This document shows positions 1 through 11,418 of a stretch of DNA of 36,582 nt, piece after piece. The stretch covers positions 1-36,582 of the forward strand of contig JBOFCW010000295.1 in NCBI GenBank assembly GCA_051646395.1, given 5' to 3'. Origin of the DNA: Bacteroidales bacterium (GTDB taxonomy: Bacteria > Bacteroidota > Bacteroidia > Bacteroidales > JAUNSR01). The first letter of the stretch is position 1. Every line of letters starts with the position of its first letter. A model generated the notes under the pieces. It made no database searches. It was not told the origin of the DNA and saw only the letters and a program-made list of their open reading frames with translations. The translations under genes and the position numbers were made by a program.

Positions 1-452
1 AAACCGAAATACCATCATTGGCTCCGTTGATCAAAGTAGCACGTGCTTTCGGTGTCCGACTGGGCACTTTCCTTGATGATCAGGAAGACAACGGACCTGT
101 TGTTTGCCGCAATAACCATACCAACGAAGCAATCAGCTTTTCAAATAACAACTGTGCATCGCGCAAGCACATGAACTACCACTCGCTCTCCAATAATAAA
201 GCGGGAAGACACATGGAACCGTTCATGATTCAGGTTGCGCCAAAATCGGACGTAGACTTCGTTCTCTCTTCTCACGAAGGTGAGGAATTCATCCTGGTTC
301 TTGAGGGAAATGTCGAAATAACCTATGGCGAGGAAACTTATCAGCTGGCGCAAGGCGACAGTATCTATTACGACTCGATTGTCCCCCACTTGTTAAGTTC
401 GAAAGACAACTGCGAAGCCCGGGTGCTGGCGGTGATTTACACTCCGGTATAA
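1..452 (+). CDS. XRE-type HTH / cupin-domain transcriptional regulator, 5'-truncated by the window edge
   Basis: The frame is open from nt 3, and the TTG at 18 is only an ORF-track artefact. The N-terminal ..LAPLIKVARAFGVRLGTFLDD looks like the end of an HTH_3 domain. The C-terminal SSHEGEEFILVLEGNVEITYGEETYQLAQGDSIYYDS..PH is a typical cupin_2 barrel. It lies 18 nt upstream of an AMP-binding enzyme, a recurrent pairing. Confidence 0.7.
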   Translation, partial: TEIPSLAPLIKVARAFGVRLGTFLDDQEDNGPVVCRNNHTNEAISFSNNNCASRKHMNYHSLSNNKAGRHMEPFMIQVAPKSDVDFVLSSHEGEEFILVLEGNVEITYGEETYQLAQGDSIYYDSIVPHLLSSKDNCEARVLAVIYTPV

Positions 453-470
453 ACTTTATTCTTCCGTATT

Positions 471-2123
<1,653 letters not shown>

Positions 2124-2151
2124 AATTGGATAAAAATCCATATATAAAAGC

Positions 2152-2191
2152 AAAAAGCTTCCGTTTTGGTTTAAAACGGAAGCTTTTTTTT
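2152..2191. terminator. Bidirectional rho-independent terminator between convergent genes
   Basis: AAAAAGCTTCCGTTTT / AAAACGGAAGCTTTTTTTT forms a perfect stem of 11 bp or more (2157-2167 with 2173-2183). An A-run sits on one side and a T-run on the other. Confidence 0.8.
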
Positions 2192-2210
2192 ATTACACGA
2201 CTTTACCACT

Positions 2211-4724
2211 TTACAATCTCGTAACCTTACTCTTCTTCCCCCTAACCACGGCTATCGCACGCACTTTCGGCGCCTCGCTGAAAAGGATAATCGGTTTGCC
2301 GTCCCAATGTTTTGAAGTTACGCCGGGTGTAGTACCATCGAGCGTATAATAGATTTTGGCGTCCGGATCGATCGAATTGAAGGTCAGCTCATTATCGAAG
2401 ATACGGATTCCGGGCTGCCCAACATGGTAGTCAACCCCCAGCTGCGAAAGATAGGGCAACTCTCTGCCGTTAATTTGGTTGTAATATTTCGAAAGATCCT
2501 GCAGATAAGCTGCTTCTGCCAATTTATCATCTATCTGCTCCCCCCATTCAGGCGAAGCATTCCAGGCTCGTTCAGCCAAACCGAATAATTTTGGAAAAAG
2601 CATGTATTGTACACGCGAATAATCGGGAATGTTTTCAGACCAGAGCTGACCCTGAATCCCTTTGATGTGCTTTCTTCCATCAGAAGTCAGCAAAACTTTT
2701 CCCTCATCCGCATTCGAAAGATCGCGTTGATTCCCGTCTTCATCTGTACGGATCGACTTGTAGATGGAATAGGGAAGCACATTAAACGAAGAAACCTCAT
2801 CAACATAACCACCCCAATGGAGTCCCGGCTCAGACTGATGCCGGTTATAGGCCAAATCAAAATAAAGGTTATTTACGTTGCTCAAAATCACATCATAACC
2901 GGAATTAGCCAACATATAGGGCACCATATCCAACCCTCTTCCGGGCATCGTATTCCAGCAATAAAGGTTACCGAAACCAGCCTCATTCCCTTGTTCAGTT
3001 CGACTACCCGAAGCAAAGGCGAGCTCTTGCCAACCGGCTATTTTCAGTCCATGTTTCATGGCGATCTCATTCACCCGATTGAAAAAATAACCGTTCAGAT
3101 CATGCACATCGGTGATATTTTCCTGTTTCATCAACTCCTTAGCAAGAGTAGCATCTTTCCAGGCACCTTCCGGAACCTCATCTCCCCCGATATGAATCTC
3201 TTCCAGCGGAGCACCGGCTTCGGCATACATCTTTTTAATTTCAGTGATCACCTTTTCTATAAAACGATAAGTAGACGGCAAAGCCACACTGATCACATTG
3301 TCGGTATAATCCTGTACAGAATGATAATCCGACAGGTCATCAAATTCGGTCAGCAGGTATTCGGTCGCCTTTACAGAATCCTGCGCGATAAATTTATCAT
3401 ATCGTGCGAGCATCGCCTTCACCGCTGCCCGCGAATGCCCCGGCATATCCACTTCTGTAATAACCCGCATGTGCCGATCCGTTGCATAACGAAGAATCTC
3501 TTTAAAATCTTCCCGGGTATAAAAACCGGATCCGGCTGAGGTCGGATCATTTACAAAAGGACCACTACCGTAGGCCGGATATAAGCACGCTTTTTCATCA
3601 TTCGTATGTCCCCGGCGCGCTCCTGCTTCAGTAAGTTCCTCGAGTCCCGGTATCTCCAGACGCCATCCCTCATCATCGATCAGATGAAGATGAATCGTAT
3701 TGATTTTATAAGATGCAAGCAGATCGATCAAATGAAGCACATTTTCTTTCTTGGTGAAATTACGCGCCACATCGAGCATTTGTCCCCGGTAAAGCAGGTC
3801 CGGATAATCTCCGATCCGCATGTCGTGGAGCGAACATGGCAATCCCTTCCCTTTCAGCAAATTCAGAAATGTCTGGGTACCGTTGAACACCGCATGCGCC
3901 GTAACTCCTTTTATCAGAACTTCTCCCTTTTGGATATCCATTTGATAATATTCAGGATTCATTTCCTGTGCAGAAACCGGAAGCAGAGATAATTTTATTT
4001 TAAAAGACGAGCGATTATCAATTTTCGCTCTATAAAGTGTCGTAAGTTTTTCACCAAGCATTTCACCCTCTTTTGCCAAACCTTCGGCCGTTTCGATCGC
4101 AATGACATCGGGTATAACAACCGTGTCGGATCCGGTCGTCACTTCCTTCAAACCCGGTATCATATCCGTTTCGGCAGGTTTGCCGCGAATAATTCTTTCG
4201 TTGAGCGCAAACATATACGCACCATCCGGATAGGGAGCTTCCTTCACGTTATGTCGTGTCCACTGTTCCGGCCGTTGAAACGGAACAACCGTTACCGGAA
4301 GTTGTATCGGCTTACCTTCAACCCCTTTCGTCACCTCCACGAGATACATTCCAGCAGGAGCATGCGATTCCTTTATCAATCCGTTATTCGCCCGGAAAGA
4401 GATACGCAAAGAGTCGCCCGGCTTCAGCCCCTGAAAATGATTCGTGGGAAACATTCTGAAATAATCACCGGTAATTTGTTCTATCCCGATGGGAGCCGAC
4501 GCTTCCTGAAATATTTTCCGGGGCAATTGAGAGTAGCGGATATCCCAGTCTTTTACAAACTCCCGATCCGATCGGTTGATCAGAACAAACGCATTCGAAT
4601 AAGTCCCATCCGGCAGGTTTTCACCCATTTCCCAGCGCACTTCGAGTGGCGCCCCCGACTCTTTTTTCGCACATCCATTCATAACGGCAGATATTACGAG
4701 AAGTTTTACAATCGCAGTCTTCAT
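2211..4724 (-). CDS. GH20 beta-N-acetylhexosaminidase, lipoprotein
   Basis: GH20 catalytic-domain motifs are present: INTIHLHLIDDEGWRLEIPGL and HIGGDEVP (the D-E catalytic pair). The C-terminal KIYYTLDGTTP matches a chitobiase/hexosaminidase C-terminal domain. The likely true start is the ATG at 4724, giving MKTAIVKLLVISAVMNGC with a lipobox Cys. The ORF-track start at 4784 is TTG. Confidence 0.88.
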   Translation of the reverse strand: MKTAIVKLLVISAVMNGCAKKESGAPLEVRWEMGENLPDGTYSNAFVLINRSDREFVKDWDIRYSQLPRKIFQEASAPIGIEQITGDYFRMFPTNHFQGLKPGDSLRISFRANNGLIKESHAPAGMYLVEVTKGVEGKPIQLPVTVVPFQRPEQWTRHNVKEAPYPDGAYMFALNERIIRGKPAETDMIPGLKEVTTGSDTVVIPDVIAIETAEGLAKEGEMLGEKLTTLYRAKIDNRSSFKIKLSLLPVSAQEMNPEYYQMDIQKGEVLIKGVTAHAVFNGTQTFLNLLKGKGLPCSLHDMRIGDYPDLLYRGQMLDVARNFTKKENVLHLIDLLASYKINTIHLHLIDDEGWRLEIPGLEELTEAGARRGHTNDEKACLYPAYGSGPFVNDPTSAGSGFYTREDFKEILRYATDRHMRVITEVDMPGHSRAAVKAMLARYDKFIAQDSVKATEYLLTEFDDLSDYHSVQDYTDNVISVALPSTYRFIEKVITEIKKMYAEAGAPLEEIHIGGDEVPEGAWKDATLAKELMKQENITDVHDLNGYFFNRVNEIAMKHGLKIAGWQELAFASGSRTEQGNEAGFGNLYCWNTMPGRGLDMVPYMLANSGYDVILSNVNNLYFDLAYNRHQSEPGLHWGGYVDEVSSFNVLPYSIYKSIRTDEDGNQRDLSNADEGKVLLTSDGRKHIKGIQGQLWSENIPDYSRVQYMLFPKLFGLAERAWNASPEWGEQIDDKLAEAAYLQDLSKYYNQINGRELPYLSQLGVDYHVGQPGIRIFDNELTFNSIDPDAKIYYTLDGTTPGVTSKHWDGKPIILFSEAPKVRAIAVVRGKKSKVTRL

Positions 4725-4725
4725 C

Positions 4726-4754
4726 AGTAGATAATTATTTAAATCATATCTACT
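4726..4754 (-). promoter_or_regulatory. 8-bp inverted repeat (AGTAGATA..TATCTACT) ending 1 nt upstream of the GH20 start codon
   Basis: Read directly: 4726-4733 is complementary to 4747-4754, with a 13-nt AT-rich loop. Its function is unknown. It could be a leader hairpin or a weak terminator of the upstream HTCS gene. Confidence 0.3.
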
Positions 4755-4801
4755 AAAACGAACCAACTGCTTAAATACCCACAATAAATTTAGCGAATAA
4801 T

Positions 4802-7800
4802 TTAGAAATCTCCGGGAATCATTCGTTTTCGCTTCACATACTCACTTGGTAAACAACCCAGATATTTTTTAAAGGTCGCCGAAAAATAAGACTGCGAGCT
4901 GAAACCGACCATTCCGCTTATCTCACCCACCGAATAGCGTCCCTCTTCCAACAGCTGACATGCTTTATTAAAGCGGATCTTACGGATAAACTCGATTGCG
5001 GATTCTCCGGTTACCGACTTCAATTTCAAATGCAGATTAGACCGGCTCATGTGCATCTGGCGGGCAAAATCATCGGTACTGAAATCCGGATTTGCAATCT
5101 GCTTCTCCACATATGCCTTGGCTTTCGAAAGAAACTCTTCGTCAATCACCGAGAATGAGCAATTGGCAGGTTCTACCTGAATATTTCTCGACAGGTGATC
5201 GTTGATCCGTTGCCGGTTTCTTACCTGACCCTGAATCTTGCGTATCAACAGAGGAGTTGAAAACGGCTTGGCGATATAATCATCCGCTCCTGTTTTATAC
5301 GCTTCCAATTGAAAACATTCTTCCGTCTTGGCCGACAATAGGATGACAGGCAAATGAGATGTCCGTATATTGTTTTTAATCCGGCTACACATTTTGATTC
5401 CATCCATGACAGGCATCATCACATCCGACAGAACAACCTCCGGCAATTCGTCTTGCAGGCATTCGATTGCCTTGCTTCCGTTTTCTACAGCCGTAATCTC
5501 AAAATAATCATTTAAAGCGTCCTGTAAGTACTGACGTATTTCGTCATTATCTTCTACCAAAAGCAATTTAATCTTCTTAGTCATCCCCGCTAATTGTCGC
5601 CCTTTACCGGCTTCCTCCGTAAGCAACAGAAACTCATTCTCTTCATTCGGGATAATTTTATCCGGCAAGAATCCTTCATCGTCTTCTTCGGCCCATTCAT
5701 CCATCGCATATACCTCCTCGTTTTGAGGCAGGTGAATGGTAAAAACTGATCCGCTATTCGTACGGCTTCTCAGATCTATCGTGCCATGATGTATTTCAAC
5801 CAGTTTTTTCACCAGCGACAACCCGATCCCGCTTCCGCTGTTTTCCGGACTGACCTGATAAAAACGGTCGAAAACGAATTGTTGATCCTCCTCTTTGATT
5901 CCGATCCCGTCATCTTTTACCGATATGACAAGGTTATTTTCATTCAATCCGGCATTCAGCTCAATCGTTCCCCCTTCCGGAGTATATTTGAATGCATTTG
6001 AAAGAAAGTTATTGACGATCAACTCCACGTAATTCAGATCGACGATACAAGCCGTGTTTTCTATTTCCGAAATAAAGGAATAATTGATTTGCTTGTTTCT
6101 CGCCAGTTTCTCATACGATTCGAAACATTCCCTTAATGCCTGATGGATTTCACATTGGCGAACTTTCAGGTTCAGCACGCCCAATTCCGCTTTGCGATAA
6201 TCGAGCAATTGATTGACAAGGCGTAATAACCTCATGGCATTTCTCCTTGCATAATCGAGCTGCACCCGGATCTTCTTATCCGACGTAGAACGGATAATAT
6301 CCTGGATAGGATCGATAATGAGTGACAATGGCGTACGAAGCTCGTGGGATATATTGATAAAAAAACGCAGCTTCATCTGATTCAGTTCATCGATTTTCTC
6401 CCGTTCGAGCTTTTGCAGGTGTATTTCATTTCTCAACATTCGCTGAACCCAGAAATAACGGATCACAAACAACACCGAGCAGATCAGCATCAAACTAAAT
6501 AAAACGATAGCCCAAAGGGTCTTATACCATACCGGCAAAATAGTGATCTGTAAAACAGCCGGCTGTTCATGCATATAATTATCGTTGTTGGCCGCTCTTA
6601 CCTTAAAGGTATAATTTCCGGCCGGAAGATTGGAATAGGAAACGAAGTTGTACCCATTATCCGGATACCATTCCTTATCAAATCCTTCCAGGGTATATGA
6701 AAAACAATTGTTTTTACCCGAAACATAATCGGAAACCACGAATCCCAACGAAAACACGTTCTGAGAGGCCTTCAACGTAATATGGCGTGTAAACTCCATG
6801 CTTTTTTCCAAAATACCAGATTCGTCTCCCGGAAGCACGGTTCTGTTAAACAGCTTCAGTTCATGAATGCGCGGCGCCGGCGTATGAGCATTGTCTTCGA
6901 TCCGATCAGCATAAAAACAGGTTATTCCTTTGTCTCCGCCAAAACACAACTCACCCGAGCGTCGTTTGTAAAACGAAAACATATTGAACTGCGTGTTTTC
7001 GATACCCTCTTCATCGGTATAATTCCTGATCCTACCCGTATTCGGATCCAAAGCAGATATCCCATTGTTGGTACTGAGCCACAAATTCCCTGCGTCATCT
7101 TCCAAAATCCCGTAAATCACATTGTTTGTCAATCCCTCTTCAGTTGTATAATGCCGAATCTGATTTTCCTTGAGATTCCAGATACCATTAACTGTGGCAA
7201 ACCAAAGCGATCCGTCGTTTGCCTGATAAAGGCCATTTACACGCGTACCCTTTAACTTGTCTATAATCGGGGATGATTCCGGCTGAAAGTCATTATCCAT
7301 AAACCGAAACAGAGCAATTCCATGATCCATTCCGATCCAGATCTGTTCACTCCGGTCTCGTAACAAGGACGTTACTCTTCGACAATCTTTCAAATCAGAA
7401 TGTCGGCCGAATTCTCCGGTCTGCTGATTAAAAATTTCACATCCGTTGAGAGCACCCAACAAGAGATTGTTTTTATCCAGCGGAAGAATCGCATAAATAT
7501 TCTCGTCTTTGATATCGCTGTTTTCAGGAATATAATTGGTGATTTTGTTCGTTTTCAGATTCAGGCTGTTGAATCCGCCCGCATGTGCACCCAGATAAAG
7601 GATATTTCGCAGGGAATCATAATGAAGGGTTTTTATATTGTGTGTCTTTTTCAATCCCAAATCATAAGACTGATAAAATCCGGTTTCAGCATCCTGCTTA
7701 TTGAGACCATTATTCATACCCGCTACCCAGAAATCACCAGAATTATCTTCCAGCATACAACTGATATTGTTATCATTCAATGAATTGAATGATGGTGTAC

Positions 7801-8830
7801 GGCGAATCGTGTGAAATCTGTTTTTCAACGGATGATAATAATTCAATCCGCCATAATAGGTGCCGATCCACATTCCCCCCTGCACATCTTTATATAATGC
7901 CCGGATAGAATTTTGAGAAAGACTCTCTTTTTGAAACGGATCATGGCTCATCCGATCGAACGAGTCATTCTGTTCATTGTATATATTCAACTCCTTGAAT
8001 GTCCCGATCCAAAGCTGCTGATTCCGATCGACAGCAAGAGAACGGATATAATCGGAACTAATCGATCTTTTATTCTGCGGTTCGTGTCGGAAATGTCTTA
8101 TTTCATCTGTTGTAAGATCCATCCGATAAAGGCCTGCCCCTTCTGTCCCTACCCAAAGGGTCTCTTCATTTTGTAATAACAACGACTGAATACGTCGTTT
8201 TCCGAACTCCGGATGCAAGTCCTGCAATGTTCTTCGGGTTATGTCATACCTGTACAAGCCGTTCATCGTCCCGATGTAAAGCTGATCCCTTCTTTTCAAA
8301 AAAGATGTTGCAGACAAATTTTTCAAAGTACGCGACAAGCCTGATTCGGAAACAGTTCCTGTACGGATATCAAAGAGATTGATCCGGTTGTCTATTCCAA
8401 TCAAAAGTGTCGTGTCGCTCATGGCTACAATACATCGCACTTCACTATCTTTTTCTCCTTCCCGGATAAGGTAGTTGGTAAAAATATCTTTTTCCGCATT
8501 ATATAACGAAAGACCTTTCCGCGTGCCAAACCACATCCTGTTTTTTCGGTCTTTACAGATTGTATAGATATTATCATGCCCGATGGAGAGGGAATCCGAA
8601 TTCCGATGCCGGTAAATCTTAAAATGATAACCATCAAAGCGGTTCACCCCGTCTGTAGTGGCAAACCACATATTACCAATAGAATCCTGAGCGATATCTA
8701 AAACCGTATTTTGGGAAAGGCCCTCTTTTACCGATAAATGAGAAAATGAGATTTTATTTGGTATAGCCCGGGAATATTCGGCTGTGAAAGCAAAGAGGAC
8801 AAGAAAAAATAATAATGAAAACCGATTCAT
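4802..8830 (-). CDS. Hybrid two-component system sensor kinase/response regulator with AraC-type HTH (HTCS, PUL regulator)
   Basis: 1342 aa with a signal peptide and long periplasmic Reg_prop-type beta-propeller repeats (..GLSQNTV.., ..GLYRY..). A Y_Y_Y-like segment (LPAGNYTFKVRAANND) is followed by a TM helix (LWAIVLFSLMLICSVLFVI). Then come the HisKA H-box FFINISHELRTPL, the HATPase motif GSGIGLSLVKKLVEIHHG, a receiver domain (LLLVEDNDEIR..LSDVMMPVMDG..K) and a C-terminal AraC HTH (FSSQSYFSATFKKYLGCLPSEY). Confidence 0.93.
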   Translation of the reverse strand: MNRFSLLFFLVLFAFTAEYSRAIPNKISFSHLSVKEGLSQNTVLDIAQDSIGNMWFATTDGVNRFDGYHFKIYRHRNSDSLSIGHDNIYTICKDRKNRMWFGTRKGLSLYNAEKDIFTNYLIREGEKDSEVRCIVAMSDTTLLIGIDNRINLFDIRTGTVSESGLSRTLKNLSATSFLKRRDQLYIGTMNGLYRYDITRRTLQDLHPEFGKRRIQSLLLQNEETLWVGTEGAGLYRMDLTTDEIRHFRHEPQNKRSISSDYIRSLAVDRNQQLWIGTFKELNIYNEQNDSFDRMSHDPFQKESLSQNSIRALYKDVQGGMWIGTYYGGLNYYHPLKNRFHTIRRTPSFNSLNDNNISCMLEDNSGDFWVAGMNNGLNKQDAETGFYQSYDLGLKKTHNIKTLHYDSLRNILYLGAHAGGFNSLNLKTNKITNYIPENSDIKDENIYAILPLDKNNLLLGALNGCEIFNQQTGEFGRHSDLKDCRRVTSLLRDRSEQIWIGMDHGIALFRFMDNDFQPESSPIIDKLKGTRVNGLYQANDGSLWFATVNGIWNLKENQIRHYTTEEGLTNNVIYGILEDDAGNLWLSTNNGISALDPNTGRIRNYTDEEGIENTQFNMFSFYKRRSGELCFGGDKGITCFYADRIEDNAHTPAPRIHELKLFNRTVLPGDESGILEKSMEFTRHITLKASQNVFSLGFVVSDYVSGKNNCFSYTLEGFDKEWYPDNGYNFVSYSNLPAGNYTFKVRAANNDNYMHEQPAVLQITILPVWYKTLWAIVLFSLMLICSVLFVIRYFWVQRMLRNEIHLQKLEREKIDELNQMKLRFFINISHELRTPLSLIIDPIQDIIRSTSDKKIRVQLDYARRNAMRLLRLVNQLLDYRKAELGVLNLKVRQCEIHQALRECFESYEKLARNKQINYSFISEIENTACIVDLNYVELIVNNFLSNAFKYTPEGGTIELNAGLNENNLVISVKDDGIGIKEEDQQFVFDRFYQVSPENSGSGIGLSLVKKLVEIHHGTIDLRSRTNSGSVFTIHLPQNEEVYAMDEWAEEDDEGFLPDKIIPNEENEFLLLTEEAGKGRQLAGMTKKIKLLLVEDNDEIRQYLQDALNDYFEITAVENGSKAIECLQDELPEVVLSDVMMPVMDGIKMCSRIKNNIRTSHLPVILLSAKTEECFQLEAYKTGADDYIAKPFSTPLLIRKIQGQVRNRQRINDHLSRNIQVEPANCSFSVIDEEFLSKAKAYVEKQIANPDFSTDDFARQMHMSRSNLHLKLKSVTGESAIEFIRKIRFNKACQLLEEGRYSVGEISGMVGFSSQSYFSATFKKYLGCLPSEYVKRKRMIPGDF

Positions 8831-8886
8831 CTATGTATAAGCAATTTTGTGAGTTTCATCAGACCAGGTTATCCTATAATGAACAG

Positions 8887-8927
8887 GTTAAGCTGTATCT
8901 TTCAGAAAGTTGAAAGTACAGCTTAAC
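8887..8927 (-). terminator. 11-bp perfect inverted repeat between the GH95 stop and the HTCS start (possible terminator or operator)
   Basis: GTTAAGCTGTA (8887-8897) pairs with TACAGCTTAAC (8917-8927) around a 19-nt loop. It lies 20 nt downstream of the GH95 stop. No clear U-tract follows on the minus strand, so the role is uncertain. Confidence 0.35.
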
Positions 8928-8946
8928 TCAGACATTACAAAATCTA

Positions 8947-11409
8947 TCAGAATGATATTTGTTTACTTGTTTCAGGTTTCAGATCCAGACGGATGGTTTT
9001 ATTACCATAACGTAATATACACGGATTTCCGTTGAGTGATGTAACCTTACACTTGCGGAGCTTGTTGTTTTTCCATTCCATATCTACAACAAAACCTCCA
9101 CGAGCCTTTAGCCCGGCGATGCGCCCCTCTTTCCATTCTCCGGGAAGAGCCGGCAATAACCGGATTTCATCTCCATGACTCTGAAGGAGCATTTCCGCAA
9201 TACCGGCCGTAGCTCCGAAATTACCATCGATCTGAAAAGGTAAGGCATTCCATAAATTGCGGTACAATCCGCCGCGGTTATCTCCTTTTTCGATCGGATC
9301 GATATAATGGATCAGATTTTTCAACGCATCATATGCCTGCGATCCGTCGAGCAATCGCGCCCACAGACTTATTTTCCAAGCCATACTCCATCCGGTAGTC
9401 TTATTACCACGTTCATTAAGAGTCTGTCGTGAGGCTGCTGCCAGATCTTTGTTTTGCAGGATATCATTTCCCGGATACAATCCGAATAAATGGGATACAT
9501 GCCGGTGTTGAGGTTCAAACTCGCCATATTCTTTATCCCACTCCAGCAACTGTCCCCTGCTGCCGATCTGATAAGGAGCCAGTTCAGGAAGCTTAGCCTC
9601 AAGATCCGCACGCAGGGCTTCATCACAATCAAACATTTTTGACGCCTCGATTACCTGCGAAAACAGATGTCTCAGAATACTCTGATCAACAGCCGGTCCT
9701 TCGCATGCCGCAGCCTGGGTATCCGCATCGAGCATGAATGAATTTTCAGGAGATGTGCTTACCGGGGTAACCCATTGCGACTTGTCGTTTTTCACGATCC
9801 ATTTCGAGAAAAACAGGGCAGCATCTCTCATTACCGGATAATATTCGCGTAAAAAAGATTCATCGCCCGTAAATTCATAATGTTGCCAGATATGCTGACA
9901 CAGCCATCCTCCGGCCATCGTCCAGTAATACCAATACACATAACCATCCGAAGGATAAGTTTCCCGCCAAAGCGAAGCATTGTGATGCGTCATCCAGCCG
10001 GGCAATCCGTACATCTGACGTGCCGTTTCTCGTCCTGCTTCTGATAATTCGCGGATATAACGGAACATTGGCTCATGACACTCCGAAAGGTTGGTTACTT
10101 CGGCAGGCCAGTAGTTCATCTGGATATTGATATTCATCGTATATCCAGAATTCCATGGCGGCAAAACCTTGTCATTCCATAACCCCTGCAGATTAAGAGG
10201 CTGACCTCCCGGACGCGATCCGGCGATCATCAGGTATCGTCCGTACTGAAACAACAGCGGAACAACCGACAAATCCTTATTTTTCCCAAAATTACGCAGC
10301 AGTTCATCTGTCGGCACAGACTCTGAAAAATTACCTAATTCGAAATCAACACGACCGAATAGTTGCTGATGATCCTGACGGTGATTCTTTTTGATCGTTT
10401 CAAAAGACTTATCCGCATGTTTTGCCTTCGTTTGTTCGATCAGCAAACCGGGATTACGGCCCTCTTTTGACGGACTTTTATCCCTGCCGTTATAACCGGT
10501 AGCCGCATACAGATAAAGCACCACATCGCTGCTATTCCGGATTCTGATCTCTTTTTCTCCGACAATCAATTCACCATCTTTCAGTTCGGGATAGATCCTT
10601 GCCTCAAAAGGCATCCCTTTCCCGTCGAACTGATCACCATAGAATAAAGATCCTTCACGAATCACATTCCCTTCCCGATCAAAATATTCGGGATGCAGAT
10701 CTGTACGATTGAATTTTTTCATCGCATCGATTGTGCGTCGCATCACATGAGCCGGAGCCTGACCATTCATTTTAAGACCATTGCCCGCTTTCAACACAGA
10801 AAAAGGATGTTCCGAATTCATTCGCAACGTAAAATCCAAAACCGGTTTTTCAGCATGCAGATGAATAGCTATCACCTGGTCGGGATAAGAAGCGAATACC
10901 TTGCGGGTAATCTGTACCCCTTGCTGCCGGTAAGAAGTGGTTACGATCCCATCAGCCATATCCAGGGCATGCCGGTAACCGGCAACATCACCATCCATGT
11001 GGAAATCCAGATAGATATCACCACAAGGCTCATAACTCTGGTTCAGTCTGCCTACCCAGCGATACTGCAGGATAGAATCCACTTCATTATTTTTCCCTTC
11101 CTTTAGCAAACGACGCACTTCCGTAAAATCAGGAACAGCCCGTGTCGATTTATTTTGCATATCCGGTTCGCCACTGTATAGCGTGTTCTCATTAAACTGA
11201 ATACGCTCCTGTCTGGTATCACCAAAAACGACTGCACCAATACGGCCATTCCCGACCGGCAATCCTTCTTCCCAGGTTTTCGCCGGAGTGCGATACCATA
11301 ATATATTTTTATCCGATACCGGTTTGCCTTCCATCTGGAAGGTAAAGCCGGACATCAGAACAAATAGCATGGAGAATGTTGTTTGAAGCGTTGTTCTTCT
11401 ATTCTTCAT
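8947..11409 (-). CDS. GH95 alpha-L-fucosidase family glycoside hydrolase
   Basis: 820 aa with a signal peptide. The N-terminal [47 protein letters not shown] is the characteristic GH95 (Glyco_hyd_65N_2) start. Size and the downstream (alpha/alpha)6-type region are consistent with this family. Confidence 0.88.
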   Translation of the reverse strand: MKNRRTTLQTTFSMLFVLMSGFTFQMEGKPVSDKNILWYRTPAKTWEEGLPVGNGRIGAVVFGDTRQERIQFNENTLYSGEPDMQNKSTRAVPDFTEVRRLLKEGKNNEVDSILQYRWVGRLNQSYEPCGDIYLDFHMDGDVAGYRHALDMADGIVTTSYRQQGVQITRKVFASYPDQVIAIHLHAEKPVLDFTLRMNSEHPFSVLKAGNGLKMNGQAPAHVMRRTIDAMKKFNRTDLHPEYFDREGNVIREGSLFYGDQFDGKGMPFEARIYPELKDGELIVGEKEIRIRNSSDVVLYLYAATGYNGRDKSPSKEGRNPGLLIEQTKAKHADKSFETIKKNHRQDHQQLFGRVDFELGNFSESVPTDELLRNFGKNKDLSVVPLLFQYGRYLMIAGSRPGGQPLNLQGLWNDKVLPPWNSGYTMNINIQMNYWPAEVTNLSECHEPMFRYIRELSEAGRETARQMYGLPGWMTHHNASLWRETYPSDGYVYWYYWTMAGGWLCQHIWQHYEFTGDESFLREYYPVMRDAALFFSKWIVKNDKSQWVTPVSTSPENSFMLDADTQAAACEGPAVDQSILRHLFSQVIEASKMFDCDEALRADLEAKLPELAPYQIGSRGQLLEWDKEYGEFEPQHRHVSHLFGLYPGNDILQNKDLAAASRQTLNERGNKTTGWSMAWKISLWARLLDGSQAYDALKNLIHYIDPIEKGDNRGGLYRNLWNALPFQIDGNFGATAGIAEMLLQSHGDEIRLLPALPGEWKEGRIAGLKARGGFVVDMEWKNNKLRKCKVTSLNGNPCILRYGNKTIRLDLKPETSKQISF

Positions 11410-11418
11410 TTGTAAAAA

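Noticed and set aside
2607-3539. Long + strand ORF (310 aa) inside the GH20 gene. Similar antisense ORFs occur at 1314-1952, 3606-3992, 4251-4730, 12184-12927, 13162-14130, 31475-32116, 32351-32845 and 35682-36233.
   Set aside because: All lie entirely antisense to strongly supported genes. Their translations are low-complexity, Arg/Ser/Phe-rich and motif-free. These are typical shadow ORFs, with no independent promoter or terminator evidence.
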